A stretch of DNA of 64,000 nt from sequence record MZ560701; one strand, given 5' to 3'. Shown piece by piece: positions 48,647 to 59,160 of the stretch. A program made the position numbers and the translations under genes. The number at the start of each line of letters is the position of its first letter. Position 1 is the stretch's first letter. The notes beneath the pieces are model-generated. The model did no database searches and was not told where the DNA came from. It saw only the letters and a list, made by a program, of their open reading frames with translations. This stretch comes from Escherichia phage vB_EcoM_TU01.

Positions 48647-50419
48647 TTAATTAACACCGGTGGCATGGAAAATTCCAGGAGCCGTTGTACTTGTTACAGG
48701 GGTCATATTCTGGACTACGGTATTCTTTTTGACGACATTATTTGTGTTACTAATCGCCGCTACCGGTTGCTGTTGTTTAGATTCAGAAGCACGTCCTTTC
48801 TCTATTGACTGAACTTGTTTTGCTTCCGGAGATTTAGTCGAAGATTCAGGCTTAACTGTTGTCTGAGCCTTTTTGGCTTCAGCCATTTTATTATTTAGCT
48901 TTTCAAATCTAGCATCTAATTCCTTTTTAACAACAGGAGTTTTATTAAGTTCAGGGTCTTTAATAAGTTTACTTAAATCAGCATAAGACTTCTCGACGTT
49001 TTTAGCATTTTCCGGATTAGTCATATCGATTTTATCGATATAATCCTCAAATCTAACCAGTGCCGCACGAGTTTCATTAGCTTTTATATACGCCTCTTTA
49101 CGCTCCTCTTCAGGCAACTCTTTTAATTTTGCTGATTCTGCAGAACGCTCATCGCTTGTACTAAACTCTTCTTTATTGTCATTACCACGAACCCAGTTAG
49201 TAACGAATGTTTTGCCGCGTTGTAACATATCAAGACCTTTAGAAACGGTTCCTAATTCCCCGTCGTCACGCTTCATTTGATATTTAGCGACTTTCTCTTG
49301 GTCTTCTTTCTTTAATTTGTTCCCAGTAGTTTCTTGGAATCCTTCCAAAGCACGTCCTTCTATTTCGTCCGCGGTATCACCAAAACCTATAGCACGCAAT
49401 ATAGACGCGGAGAGTTTAGCCATTCCTAATTGAATTAGTTCACCTAAGTTCATTAATGCTGTTCCTACACCTTTGACAATAGCAACGGTTAAACCACCCC
49501 AGTCTCCAGCTTCCCACAATTGTTTTATCGAGTCAATAGAAGTGAATATATCACTTAAGAATTTACCCCACTCTTTAGCTTCATCGGAGAATTTAGTAAA
49601 GTTTTCATCAAATAAATCCCAGGCAGAAGTGAACTTGTCTGTCCAATATTTGAAATGGACTATCAATAAATCAATACCGATAACAATACCAAGAATAAGT
49701 GCGGCCATTTTTGCTGCTTCAATAGCCGCCGTTATAGTGTATTTGAAAAGCATTCCAGCAATTCTGTCTGAAATTGATATTGATTTATTAAACCCGGTTT
49801 GAACTGTTTTGGTGAGCATTGCAATTTTATCGCTCAATTTAAAGCTAATTCCACCTTTAGAATCGGAAGTAGAATTAGCACTTTCTTGAACCGGGGCCGG
49901 GAAGAAATCTTCGTCTGGCTTATTATCAATCTTTTCAGGCGTAGGTAATGCTTTAAACAGCTCATCAGAAGTTTCATTCTCAACCACTTTAACAGGTATT
50001 GCGTTCTCAATTACTTCAAGAGAGGTGCCTCCTGTATTTTGAATAGCGGTAGATGTTTGTAATTTTTGCTCTAATAATGTAGCTAATCGGTCTAACTTGG
50101 AGCTTATTGCACTAGAAACTTCGTTTATACTTTTAGTGACTTCAGTTTGTTTTTCAATAACTTCTGCGATAAGCTCTGTGCCTTCAGCAGTATTATCTGA
50201 CGAATTCTTTAAGTCTCCAATTGATTCAATAATTCCATTGCCTTTATCTTCTACACTTTGTGATGTGAGTTCAGACGCGGCTTGGACATCGTCTAGTTTT
50301 GATGAAATGTTATTCAATGCTTCTAATGAATCAGTAGCTGCTGTTGCAGCTACTTTTTGTGGTTTATTATCGGCAATGACCTTATTTCTACGCATGGATT
50401 TCATTTCTTCAGGTTTCAT
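48647..50419 (-). CDS. 29: baseplate hub / tail length determinant gp29
   Basis: 590 aa (T4 gp29 590 aa); extended helical regions. Confidence 0.9.
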   Translation of the reverse strand: MKPEEMKSMRRNKVIADNKPQKVAATAATDSLEALNNISSKLDDVQAASELTSQSVEDKGNGIIESIGDLKNSSDNTAEGTELIAEVIEKQTEVTKSINEVSSAISSKLDRLATLLEQKLQTSTAIQNTGGTSLEVIENAIPVKVVENETSDELFKALPTPEKIDNKPDEDFFPAPVQESANSTSDSKGGISFKLSDKIAMLTKTVQTGFNKSISISDRIAGMLFKYTITAAIEAAKMAALILGIVIGIDLLIVHFKYWTDKFTSAWDLFDENFTKFSDEAKEWGKFLSDIFTSIDSIKQLWEAGDWGGLTVAIVKGVGTALMNLGELIQLGMAKLSASILRAIGFGDTADEIEGRALEGFQETTGNKLKKEDQEKVAKYQMKRDDGELGTVSKGLDMLQRGKTFVTNWVRGNDNKEEFSTSDERSAESAKLKELPEEERKEAYIKANETRAALVRFEDYIDKIDMTNPENAKNVEKSYADLSKLIKDPELNKTPVVKKELDARFEKLNNKMAEAKKAQTTVKPESSTKSPEAKQVQSIEKGRASESKQQQPVAAISNTNNVVKKNTVVQNMTPVTSTTAPGIFHATGVN

Positions 50420-50949
50420 TCAAGCAATCCAATAATTTCTGCTATACCCTTAATAGGGCCATTAGGGCCTGGAATAGCAATAGTTGTCGAAAGGTCTTCT
50501 GCCCATTTGATTACAAAAGCAGGCATCTCAAGGAAAGAAATTTCTTTCTCTTCGTCATTAACTTTTATTAAGCAATTTGATAGCATTTCGCTGATTGTAG
50601 CGAATTGTTCAAATTTGCCTGGGGGTCTAAAATAAAAAGTATTACCTTGAAATTGGAATTCTGTTCGTTGGCATACATAGACGTCATCTAGTTTATAAGT
50701 GAATCCATCTTTTTCAACTTCAGACTTAAGTTTGTTATTAAATTCCAATATGTGTAGACATGCAAAATCAAAATCTGCGGGACTCATATTTTTACAAATA
50801 GAATCAGCTAAGATTTTCATGTTTTCGTCAGGACCTTTAACGTCCTTTAAAAGATTATAATGTTTGAGCCCTAATTTAGGAATCATTACCTTTTTATTAG
50901 ACTGTGGTAGAATTATTTTCTTTAGAGGTAGAATCAGATTTAAGTTCAT
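50416..50949 (-). CDS. 28: baseplate hub distal subunit gp28
   Basis: 177 aa (T4 gp28 177 aa). Confidence 0.85.
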   Translation of the reverse strand: MNLNLILPLKKIILPQSNKKVMIPKLGLKHYNLLKDVKGPDENMKILADSICKNMSPADFDFACLHILEFNNKLKSEVEKDGFTYKLDDVYVCQRTEFQFQGNTFYFRPPGKFEQFATISEMLSNCLIKVNDEEKEISFLEMPAFVIKWAEDLSTTIAIPGPNGPIKGIAEIIGLLE

Positions 50950-52069
50950 TTTTAACCTTAACTGGGTTAACAGGTTCTAACACCATTGAGTTGGTAAACA
51001 TGTACAGATGAGTTTGTGAGTTATTATTTGATAACTCATGAATAACTTCATCAACGTAAAATTCGGATTTGAATTGGTTCTTTTGGTCAACAAATATAAT
51101 TTTAGTAGCAGGCGTTATGTTAAAATTACCTGTAGTAGTGCATTTAGCATATCCATCATATTGAGCCATTGTCTGAAGACGACTTGCTTCTTCAAATCCA
51201 TTACGATAGGTCATTTCGGAATATCCACCAGATCTTGACACAAGAATAGCATTATCACCATCACCTGTAACAATAACCGGAATAGATGTATCTAAAAATG
51301 AATGAGCGAATATCGTGGCGTTTTTAATAGGGTCTCTTGTAAATTGGTTAGCTTTAGTCATCCAGGTGAAATCCCATACTAATGGATACTCAAGCTCTTG
51401 AATATACTGACCTACAGTATTTGGCTCACCTACAATCATCTTAATGCCTTCCTGACCAATAAGAGTATCATAGTCAATCATGTTTACGCCTAAAATATCT
51501 TGCCATACGAATACGAACTTATCACTCGCTGTAGCAAGTCCTAATTCTCTGACATATGCCAAATAATCATCAAATGTGCTTGTCCAAGGAATATCAGGAA
51601 CATAAGCGTTAATAGTGTTTATTGGCGGAGTAATTAACGTACGGTCTTTATATATGACACCTAACATTTCACGTATAGATTCTCCTGCGTCTGAGAAGAA
51701 TGGTCGCCCAAATTTAAGGTTCTCTATAGAATGTATTGTTCCAAGCTCAATTGCAATAATATTGTCACCTTTTGAGTCCACAGACACAGAATAATGTCTA
51801 CATCCGTAAATTCGAGTTCTAACTTGGAGAGGTGTGTTTGAATTTGAAACAGAGATTTGGACTATCTGTCTACCGTCCATTTTAGTGTGGATGTTTTTAG
51901 TGTCATAAAATTGAAGAATCCCTTCATTTCTTCCATATAGCGAATCTCGCATGGTTAAAGTTGTTATTGTTGCTGCGAGTTCAACGTATCTATTTTCTTG
52001 CCAAGCCGAATAATCTTGGTATAATTTAACGCTTAAGTTAGGATATCCTGGACGTTGGAATACTGTCAT
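50897..52069 (-). CDS. 27: baseplate hub subunit gp27
   Basis: 390 aa (T4 gp27 391 aa). Confidence 0.9.
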   Translation of the reverse strand: MTVFQRPGYPNLSVKLYQDYSAWQENRYVELAATITTLTMRDSLYGRNEGILQFYDTKNIHTKMDGRQIVQISVSNSNTPLQVRTRIYGCRHYSVSVDSKGDNIIAIELGTIHSIENLKFGRPFFSDAGESIREMLGVIYKDRTLITPPINTINAYVPDIPWTSTFDDYLAYVRELGLATASDKFVFVWQDILGVNMIDYDTLIGQEGIKMIVGEPNTVGQYIQELEYPLVWDFTWMTKANQFTRDPIKNATIFAHSFLDTSIPVIVTGDGDNAILVSRSGGYSEMTYRNGFEEASRLQTMAQYDGYAKCTTTGNFNITPATKIIFVDQKNQFKSEFYVDEVIHELSNNNSQTHLYMFTNSMVLEPVNPVKVKNELKSDSTSKENNSTTV

Positions 52070-52818
52070 TTTTTATGGTCCTTTTCTACTAATGTTAAAG
52101 CAATACCACGTTCAACAGGAATCATTTGCATAATAGAATCCAATGTGTATTGACTCTTTACTAGTGAATGGTTTATCTGATAGAATGTAAAAATCTCATC
52201 AGGGTTAACTAACAATTTAAAAACCTCTAAGATATCAGTATATGTTTTAACATGACGTTCACAACAACCTAATCTAAGGGTCAAATTAATAGGGTTCATA
52301 GAAGCAATAACCTTCTCGAGCGAGTCAATGTCTATTGCTTCTATTACTTGGATTTGGTTCTCTTCAGTCAAATCGTTCCATGGGTACCATTCATCATTAT
52401 AATATATTTCTTTTATGTTTTCACTTATCATTAATGCTTTATTATCATAAAACTTTTCAGGGAAAGAAAAACGTATTTTTATACCAGCAACATCAAGTTC
52501 AGGTTCGACTAGTTCTTTTTGATATATCTCAAATGGTGCAGTTTTTTCTTTAGAGCATTTAGGGCAAGTGAAAATAACGGGAACTTTTGTTTTGCCTATA
52601 GAGCCTGCAAAAACTTGCAGGAATATAAATGGTTGCCATGTTTTAGGGTACTCGCCAAAATAATCATCAATCAGATCGGCAATTATTTCTTTTTGTTCTT
52701 GCGGCGAACGATGTTCGATATCATTTCTAACTAGTAAAAAGTCTCTATAATCCGCCACAGTGAACGGCTTAAAACGATGAACACCATCCGGTAATTTACA
52801 ACGAATTATATTAGCCAT
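52066..52818 (-). CDS. 51: baseplate hub assembly catalyst gp51
   Basis: 250 aa (T4 gp51 249 aa); divergent from 26 across shared late promoters. Confidence 0.85.
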   Translation of the reverse strand: MANIIRCKLPDGVHRFKPFTVADYRDFLLVRNDIEHRSPQEQKEIIADLIDDYFGEYPKTWQPFIFLQVFAGSIGKTKVPVIFTCPKCSKEKTAPFEIYQKELVEPELDVAGIKIRFSFPEKFYDNKALMISENIKEIYYNDEWYPWNDLTEENQIQVIEAIDIDSLEKVIASMNPINLTLRLGCCERHVKTYTDILEVFKLLVNPDEIFTFYQINHSLVKSQYTLDSIMQMIPVERGIALTLVEKDHKK

Positions 52819-52835
52819 AATTACTCCTTTTCTAT

Positions 52836-52843
52836 TATTTATA
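52836..52843 (-). promoter_or_regulatory. late promoter of gene 51
   Basis: TATAAATA on the - strand; part of palindrome TATTTATAAATA. Confidence 0.65.
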
Positions 52844-52847
52844 AATA
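52840..52847 (+). promoter_or_regulatory. late promoter of gene 26
   Basis: TATAAATA on the + strand overlapping the gene 51 promoter by 4 bp. Confidence 0.65.
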
Positions 52848-52865
52848 CACAATAAAGGAGTTAAC

Positions 52866-53492
52866 ATGTACAAATATACGTTTACCGTACGTTTAGGCGA
52901 TAAAGAAGTGAATTGTAGAGCCTTTACTTTAAAAGAATATTTAGGACTCATAGGTGCGCGGGCTACAGGTACTATTGAATCAGCAGTGAACAATATTATC
53001 ACTAATTGCTCTAACGCTAAAAACTTGACTAAACAAGAAGCCGAGTTATTGTTGGTAAATCTGTGGGCACATTCATTAGGTGAAGTGAATCAAGAACACA
53101 CCTGGAATTGTTCCTGTGGGCATTCATTTCAAGTCTATATGAATTTATTGCACACTCAATTAGATGAACAGGCCGATCCCTGGTATTCGTTCAGTGGTAT
53201 TAAAATTAAGTTCCGTCAACCTAAATTATTTGACGATAAAAATATCGCATTAATGATTGCTTCATGTATTGAGGCCGTTTTTGTCAATGGAGAGTCCATC
53301 CCTGTTGAAGATTTAACTGAAGCAGAAATAAACGACCTTTACGGCCTTATAACAGAAGATGACATGATCAATATTAAAAATCTTTTAGTATCGCCATCAA
53401 TTTATCTGGCAACCCCTATTAAATGTCCCAAATGTGGGGCGTCACACGTTCACACAATACGAGGCCTCAAAGAATTCTTTGAGTTACTATAA
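52866..53492 (+). CDS. 26: baseplate hub subunit gp26
   Basis: 208 aa (T4 gp26 208 aa); AAGGAG RBS. Confidence 0.85.
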   Translation: MYKYTFTVRLGDKEVNCRAFTLKEYLGLIGARATGTIESAVNNIITNCSNAKNLTKQEAELLLVNLWAHSLGEVNQEHTWNCSCGHSFQVYMNLLHTQLDEQADPWYSFSGIKIKFRQPKLFDDKNIALMIASCIEAVFVNGESIPVEDLTEAEINDLYGLITEDDMINIKNLLVSPSIYLATPIKCPKCGASHVHTIRGLKEFFELL

Positions 53493-53494
53493 TG
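53461..53494 (+). promoter_or_regulatory. gene 25 translation-initiation hairpin (split SD/AUG)
   Basis: GAGG then perfect 18-nt palindrome CTCAAAGAATTCTTTGAG then TTACTATA-ATG. Confidence 0.55.
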
Positions 53495-53890
53495 TCTAAT
53501 ATCAATAAACTTTATTCAGATATCGACCCAGAAATGCGTATGGATTGGAACAAGGACGTTGCTCGTTCTGTAGGACTTCGTTCTATTAAAAATAGTCTTC
53601 TTGGCATAGTGACAACTAGAAAAGGCTCACGCCCCTTCGACCCGGAATTTGGATGCGATTTGGTCGACGAACTTTTCGAGAACATGACACCACTTACAGC
53701 CGATACGATTGAGCGTAATATCCAGGCAGCTGTTCGTAACTATGAGCCACGCATCGACAAACTTTCTGTAAGTGTAACGCCAGTATATGATGACTATACG
53801 GTTATAGTAGAGATTAGATTTTCGGTCGTAGACAACCCTGACGATATTGAACAAATTAAACTTCAGCTAGCGTCAAGCAATAGAGTGTAA
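53492..53890 (+). CDS. 25: baseplate wedge subunit gp25
   Basis: 132 aa (T4 gp25 132 aa); MSNINKLYSDIDPEM... Confidence 0.9.
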   Translation: MSNINKLYSDIDPEMRMDWNKDVARSVGLRSIKNSLLGIVTTRKGSRPFDPEFGCDLVDELFENMTPLTADTIERNIQAAVRNYEPRIDKLSVSVTPVYDDYTVIVEIRFSVVDNPDDIEQIKLQLASSNRV

Positions 53891-53970
53891 TGCTTCAAGG
53901 CAACCTATGTATAATGGTTTTAGGTCCTTCCGATACAGCCGGGAGATTATTAGTTAAAAGAGAGAACATT

Positions 53971-54384
53971 ATGAAGCTGGAAGATTTACAGGAAGAGTTA
54001 GACGCAGACTTAGCTATTGATATGACAAAGTTGCAATATGAGACGGCGAATAATGTTAAGTTATACAGCAAATGGCTACGTAAGCACTCATTTATTCGTA
54101 AAGAAATGTTGCGTATAGAGACTCAGAAGAAAACTGCTCTAAAAGCAAGATTAGACTACTACTCGGGACGAGGTGACGGTGATGAATTCAGTATGGACCG
54201 ATACGAGAAATCTGAAATGAAAACTGTCCTGGCTGCAGATAAAGATGTGCTTAAAATAGAGACTACTTTACAATACTGGGGAATTTTACTTGAGTTCTGT
54301 AGTGGTGCACTTGACGCAGTTAAGTCTCGTAGTTTTGCACTTAAACATATCCAGGATATGCGAGAATTTGAAGCGGGGCAATAA
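53971..54384 (+). CDS. uvsY: recombination mediator UvsY
   Basis: 137 aa from MKLEDLQEELD with AAAAGAGAG RBS; matches T4 UvsY (137 aa). Confidence 0.93.
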   Translation: MKLEDLQEELDADLAIDMTKLQYETANNVKLYSKWLRKHSFIRKEMLRIETQKKTALKARLDYYSGRGDGDEFSMDRYEKSEMKTVLAADKDVLKIETTLQYWGILLEFCSGALDAVKSRSFALKHIQDMREFEAGQ

Positions 54385-54608
54385 TGCGTTATTCAATTGA
54401 AGATGCCTTTAATAATGATGAAGAATTTGAAACCGAAATTAAATTCTTAATGGAAAAGTATCGTCTACGTCGTCAGGATATTCGTATTCTGGCAGACCAC
54501 CCTTGTGGCGAAGACGTCCTTTATATTAAAGGGAAGTTTGCTGGATACATCGACGAGTATTTTTATACAAAAGATATGGGTATCGATATGTGCATGCGAG
54601 TGGTATAA
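54384..54608 (+). CDS. hypothetical protein (uvsY-downstream)
   Basis: 74-aa ORF coupled to the uvsY stop. Confidence 0.65.
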   Translation: MRYSIEDAFNNDEEFETEIKFLMEKYRLRRQDIRILADHPCGEDVLYIKGKFAGYIDEYFYTKDMGIDMCMRVV

Positions 54609-54640
54609 ATAGATATGTAATTTCAACTTAGGAGGCAATC

Positions 54641-54808
54641 ATGTCAGATAAGATTTGTGTTGTCTGTAAAACTCCAATCGATTCTGCATTGGTTGTTGAA
54701 ACAGACAAAGGTCCCGCACATCCTGGGCCTTGTTATAATTATGTCCAACAAATGCCGGTTTCAGAAAGTTCAGAAGAGCAATTGAACGAAACCCAACTTT
54801 TACTATAG
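54641..54808 (+). CDS. small Cys-containing hypothetical protein
   Basis: 55-aa ORF with AGGAGG RBS; CVVC...C spacing suggests a possible zinc ribbon; followed by a bidirectional terminator. Confidence 0.45.
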   Translation: MSDKICVVCKTPIDSALVVETDKGPAHPGPCYNYVQQMPVSESSEEQLNETQLLL

Positions 54809-54832
54809 TGTTACCTTTTTGCCTATGGTTTT

Positions 54833-54862
54833 GGCCCTTCCAAAAAGGTCGGGCCTTTTTTT
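54833..54862. terminator. bidirectional terminator between uvsY operon and uvsW.1
   Basis: GGCCC...GGGCC hairpin then T7, between convergent genes. Confidence 0.55.
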
Positions 54863-54864
54863 AA

Positions 54865-55098
54865 TTAGAAGTCTTCTTCCTCATCCTCATCATCGTCGCC
54901 TTCAAGTTCGGCACGCTTACCTGCTAAGGCATCCCTGACAGAAATATCATCTGTATCTTTTAATTCCGTTTCTTTTATACGTTTCTTATAATAAGCTTCC
55001 AATTCTTCAAGCCCTTCTAAGGTATGACAACTAGCAATTTTACCCATGAATTCGTCAATAGATGCTTCGTATAAAAATTGTTTAAATTCAAGTACCAT
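54865..55098 (-). CDS. uvsW.1: UvsW.1 (small acidic helicase-associated protein)
   Basis: 77 aa with acidic C-tail DDDEDEEEDF, immediately downstream of uvsW. Confidence 0.8.
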   Translation of the reverse strand: MVLEFKQFLYEASIDEFMGKIASCHTLEGLEELEAYYKKRIKETELKDTDDISVRDALAGKRAELEGDDDEDEEEDF

Positions 55099-55123
55099 TT
55101 TTATCTCCTAAGGGCCGAAGCCC

Positions 55124-56638
55124 TTATAAATTAATTGTTTTCATTACATAGTTAAATTTCTCATCAGCGTAACGTTGGATACGATCAATACCGTGTTTTA
55201 ACAAGTAATTAAGATGAGTATACTTCTTTTTAGTATTTAATGATTTAGGTTTTACACCTGCGTCATCGATGAGATCCCAAACTGTAGCAACAGCTTTAGA
55301 ACCGTGCTTACGAAGCACACGACCTACGGTTTGAAGTACGATAATTTTTGATTTAACACCATGGGCGAAAATAACATGATGAAGATTCTTGACTGAAATA
55401 CCAGTAGAGAATACTCCATATGATGCGACAATAATAATGCCTTTACCATTTTCTGCCATGACTTTAAGCGCGTTACGTGTTTCAGTATCAACTTCACCTG
55501 ATACGTAATAAACTTTTTCGTATCCAAGCTCTTTAATAGCTTCAAATATTTCTTTACCGTGTGTAACGTGTTTAAACATTACAAAGGCGTTCTCGTCTTT
55601 CTTAGCCAATTTGACTGAAAGTTGAGCAATCCACTTTGTACGTCGTTTTAGTCCGGTAATAATTTTAACTTCTTCTTGGTATGTTTTACCTTTTAATTTA
55701 ACGGTGAATTCGTCCGGATAACGAAGGAAAATACTATTAATCTTAAGCTCAGTTACCTGTCCGTCTTCCATTAATTTAGACGTACTAACAGGACGGAAGA
55801 TTTCGCCGAACATACCTACGTACTGCATTACGTTGGCTTTTCCGTCTCTTAATGAGCCAGATAAACCGAATTTAAACATGCAATTATTTAATCCAGAGAT
55901 GATTGAAGAAATACTTTTGCCTGTTGCTAAGTGGCATTCATCGTTCATCATCATACCGAACTGAGAGAACCATTCTTTAGGCTGCTTAACTACCGTTTGC
56001 CATGTGCCAACAATAATTGGAGCGTCGTTTTTAGCTCTGTCTGCTTTATCAGCACCACCGCCAATTTTCTTAATCATCGAATGACTAAACAAGCGATAAT
56101 CAACAAAATCATTAGCCATCTGGGTTGTCAATGCTGTTGTAGGGACGATAATGAGAATTTTACCTTCATAGTTCTCTAGATAATATCGAGCTAAAAGTGC
56201 TTGGATTAGTGATTTACCTGCTGATGTCGGAAGGTTTAAAATTCGACGACGATTAACTAGTCCTTCATATACTGCATCTTTTTGATACCAATGTGGTTCG
56301 ATTTTGGAGTTGCCTGAATAAATTTCTTGTTTAGAAAGCCATGCGTCAAAATCTTCCCTGGTAAGGTCTTCGGTCTCAAAGATTTTAGGGTCAATCCATA
56401 CAGAATAACTCATATTGTTACAGAACTTTTTTATTTGTCCTACAAGTCCATATGGTAACAAACGGTTGTAATCTAAAAGTCGAATTCTACCATCCCATTG
56501 CCCATAGCGATATTTTGGGTTAAATTTATACCCGTCAGCTTCAAAGCTAAAAAAGTCACGAAGTTCGTAAAACGTACTTTCGTCGCATTCAATGCGCACG
56601 TGACTAAAATCATAAAAATGTACTTTAATGTCAGTCAT
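55124..56638 (-). CDS. uvsW: UvsW SF2 DNA helicase
   Basis: 504 aa; Walker A TSAGKS, DECH box, motif VI; matches T4 UvsW. Confidence 0.95.
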   Translation of the reverse strand: MTDIKVHFYDFSHVRIECDESTFYELRDFFSFEADGYKFNPKYRYGQWDGRIRLLDYNRLLPYGLVGQIKKFCNNMSYSVWIDPKIFETEDLTREDFDAWLSKQEIYSGNSKIEPHWYQKDAVYEGLVNRRRILNLPTSAGKSLIQALLARYYLENYEGKILIIVPTTALTTQMANDFVDYRLFSHSMIKKIGGGADKADRAKNDAPIIVGTWQTVVKQPKEWFSQFGMMMNDECHLATGKSISSIISGLNNCMFKFGLSGSLRDGKANVMQYVGMFGEIFRPVSTSKLMEDGQVTELKINSIFLRYPDEFTVKLKGKTYQEEVKIITGLKRRTKWIAQLSVKLAKKDENAFVMFKHVTHGKEIFEAIKELGYEKVYYVSGEVDTETRNALKVMAENGKGIIIVASYGVFSTGISVKNLHHVIFAHGVKSKIIVLQTVGRVLRKHGSKAVATVWDLIDDAGVKPKSLNTKKKYTHLNYLLKHGIDRIQRYADEKFNYVMKTINL

Positions 56639-56667
56639 GTCAAATTACCATGTAATAAATATAATTA

Positions 56668-56675
56668 TATTTATA
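56668..56675 (-). promoter_or_regulatory. late promoter of uvsW
   Basis: TATAAATA on the - strand about 30 nt upstream of uvsW. Confidence 0.65.
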
Positions 56676-56688
56676 ATGAGGAAATACC

Positions 56689-57357
56689 ATGATCGATAAA
56701 GACTATATTGAAGAGTTACGTGCTCTTTCTGATAAAAAGGAAGCCAAAGCTAAACTGTTTGAATACGCGGCACAATTTGGCATTAGTGTTAAGAAAACAA
56801 AATCATTCGATAATATTGTTATTGATATCGAAGAAGCTCTTAACGCACTGGCTGATGAACCATTACCTGAAACTGATGGATTATCTATCACCGATTTAAT
56901 TACTGCCGCAGATGATGTGGACGGTGTTAATTTCACCAACGAAGAAGTTAAAGAAGAAGCTATTCTGTTGTTTGATTCTCCAACAGAACAAGTTGAAGTA
57001 TTAGAAGTTGTCGAACAAGAAAAAGAATTCGACCATGATAAATTCGAAGAAGCAATTACTCAGGTTGTTGAATCTGAAAAAGAGCCTGAGACAGAGGTAA
57101 ATAAAGAAGTAAAATTTGTTCTGCCTGAAAATTTTAGTCCTACACTCATTAAATTAGGCAAAGGCCCAGGATATGTTACTGTTCCTTGGTGGATTTATCA
57201 ATGGATAGCCGAAACCCCAGATTGGAAATCTCGCCCAACTAGTTTTGTGCATGCTTCTGCTCACCAAACATTATTTAGCTTAATTTATTATATTAATCGC
57301 GATGGATCAGTTCTAATTCGTGAAACTCGTAATTCTTCTTTCGTAACATTAAAATAA
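56689..57357 (+). CDS. inh: Inh, inhibitor of prohead protease gp21
   Basis: 222-aa acidic protein between uvsW and hoc (T4 Inh 226 aa). Confidence 0.8.
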   Translation: MIDKDYIEELRALSDKKEAKAKLFEYAAQFGISVKKTKSFDNIVIDIEEALNALADEPLPETDGLSITDLITAADDVDGVNFTNEEVKEEAILLFDSPTEQVEVLEVVEQEKEFDHDKFEEAITQVVESEKEPETEVNKEVKFVLPENFSPTLIKLGKGPGYVTVPWWIYQWIAETPDWKSRPTSFVHASAHQTLFSLIYYINRDGSVLIRETRNSSFVTLK

Positions 57358-57366
57358 GGATAACTT

Positions 57367-58497
57367 ATGGCTTTTACAGTTGATATAACTCCTAAAACAC
57401 CTACTGGAGTTATAGATGAGACTAAGCAGTTTACTGCTACTCCCAGTGGTGAAACTGGAGGTGGAACTATTACCTATGCTTGGAGTGTAGACGATGTTCC
57501 TCAAGATGGAGCTGAAGCAACTTTTAGTTATGTANTAAAAGGACCTGCTGGTCAAAAGACTATTAAAGTTGTTGCAACAAATACNNTTCCTGANTCTGAA
57601 GCTGAAACAGCTGAAGCTNCTACAACTATCACAGTTCAAAATAAGACACAGACAACTACCTTAGCAGTAACTCCCAATAGTCCTTCAGCTGGAGTAATTG
57701 GAACCCCAGTTCAATTTACTGCCGCCTTAGCTTCTCAACCGGTTGGNGCATCTGCTACGTATCAGTGGTATGTAGATGNTTCNCAGGTTNGTGGAGAAAC
57801 TAACTCTACATTTAGCTATACTCCTACTACAAGNGGAGTAAAAAGAATNAAATGTGTAGCTCAAGTAACAGCGACAGATTATGATGCAAAGGAAGTTACT
57901 TCTAATGAAGTATCATTAACAGTTAATAAGAAGACAATGAATCCACAGGTTACATTGACTCCTCCTTCTATTAACGTTCAACAAGATGCTTCGGCTACAT
58001 TTACTGCTAATGTTACTGGCGCNCCTGANGNAGCACAAATTACTTACTCATGGAAGAAAGATTCTTCTCCAGTAGAAGGGTCAACTAATGTATATACTGT
58101 TGATACCTCATCTATTGGAAGTCAAACTATTGAAGTTACTGCAACTATTACTGCAACTGATTACGATAGCAAAACTATTACAGCAGAAGGTCAAGTTCAG
58201 GTAACTGATAAAGTTGCTCCGGAACCAGAAGGTGAACTACCTTATGTTCATCCTCTTCCACATCGTACTTCAGCTTACATCTGGTGCGGTTGGTGGGTTA
58301 TGGATGAAATCCAAAAAATGGCTGAAGAAGGTAAAGATTGGAAAACTGAAGATCCAGATAGTAAGTACTACTTGCATCGTTACACACTTCAGAAGATGAT
58401 GAAAGATTATCCGGAAGTTGATGTTCAAGAATCACGTAATGGATACATCATCCATAAAACTGCTTTAGAAACTGGTATCATCTATACATATCCATAA
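57367..58497 (+). CDS. hoc: Hoc, highly immunogenic outer capsid protein
   Basis: 376 aa (T4 Hoc 376 aa); tandem Ig-like domains, conserved C-terminal capsid-binding region. Confidence 0.9.
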   Translation: MAFTVDITPKTPTGVIDETKQFTATPSGETGGGTITYAWSVDDVPQDGAEATFSYVXKGPAGQKTIKVVATNXXPXSEAETAEAXTTITVQNKTQTTTLAVTPNSPSAGVIGTPVQFTAALASQPVXASATYQWYVDXXQVXGETNSTFSYTPTTXGVKRXKCVAQVTATDYDAKEVTSNEVSLTVNKKTMNPQVTLTPPSINVQQDASATFTANVTGXPXXAQITYSWKKDSSPVEGSTNVYTVDTSSIGSQTIEVTATITATDYDSKTITAEGQVQVTDKVAPEPEGELPYVHPLPHRTSAYIWCGWWVMDEIQKMAEEGKDWKTEDPDSKYYLHRYTLQKMMKDYPEVDVQESRNGYIIHKTALETGIIYTYP

Positions 58498-58503
58498 TCG
58501 TAA

Positions 58504-58530
58504 GGGGCTTCGGCCCCTTTCTTCGTTTTT
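58504..58530 (+). terminator. intrinsic terminator after hoc
   Basis: GGGGC-TTCG-GCCCC then T-rich tract. Confidence 0.75.
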
Positions 58531-58592
58531 AAAGCATACAAAACACAACTTGAGATTGATGTATATAATGGCACAAACCAAATAATACGGGA

Positions 58593-58793
58593 TTGATTAT
58601 GAGAGCTGAAGTTGAAGTTTATACATTACATGAGGCGGGATTTTCATTCGTAGAAATTGCTCAAAAAATCGGTTTACAACCTAAAGAAGTTGGATTACTA
58701 TGGACTAAAGCCGAGACAGCTCGGTCAAAGTTTAAAGCAAAAGAAAAAGTTGTATACCGTAAACGTTTGATTAACAAAAAGGTGAAGAAATGA
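58593..58793 (+). CDS. small helix-turn-helix protein
   Basis: 66 aa; HTH-like FSFVEIAQKIGLQPKEV then a basic tail. Confidence 0.55.
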   Translation: MIMRAEVEVYTLHEAGFSFVEIAQKIGLQPKEVGLLWTKAETARSKFKAKEKVVYRKRLINKKVKK

Positions 58794-59041
58794 GTTTTGC
58801 ACAGGAATTAAGAGAAAGGGCCCTGGCCACTAAAGCCAATTTGTTGAAAGATTTTATTACTAACTTCTCTGTGATGGCAGAGAAAGCCGCTGACAAAGGT
58901 CAGACACAATTTACGTACTATCCGTCAAAGAATGATTTAACTATCACCGAGCAAATCGGGCAGTGGTTCCGTGATAACGGCTTTCAGTACAAAATTAATC
59001 ACGACCAGCGTGATGGGCACTGGATAGAAATCAAGTTCTAA
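58790..59041 (+). CDS. hypothetical protein
   Basis: 83-aa ORF, coupled start. Confidence 0.6.
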   Translation: MSFAQELRERALATKANLLKDFITNFSVMAEKAADKGQTQFTYYPSKNDLTITEQIGQWFRDNGFQYKINHDQRDGHWIEIKF

Positions 59042-59043
59042 TA

Positions 59044-59069
59044 TGCTTTACATTTTTTGATGGTATAAT
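59044..59069 (+). promoter_or_regulatory. MotA-dependent middle promoter of rnlB
   Basis: MotA box TGCTTTA, 13 bp, TATAAT. Confidence 0.6.
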
Positions 59070-59160
59070 GAATCTAGGTTCTATCCATTCAAATTAAACA
59101 TTGGGCCAGAGATAGAGTCTCTGCTAATTATTTTGATATTATTATTTATAATGGTGATTT

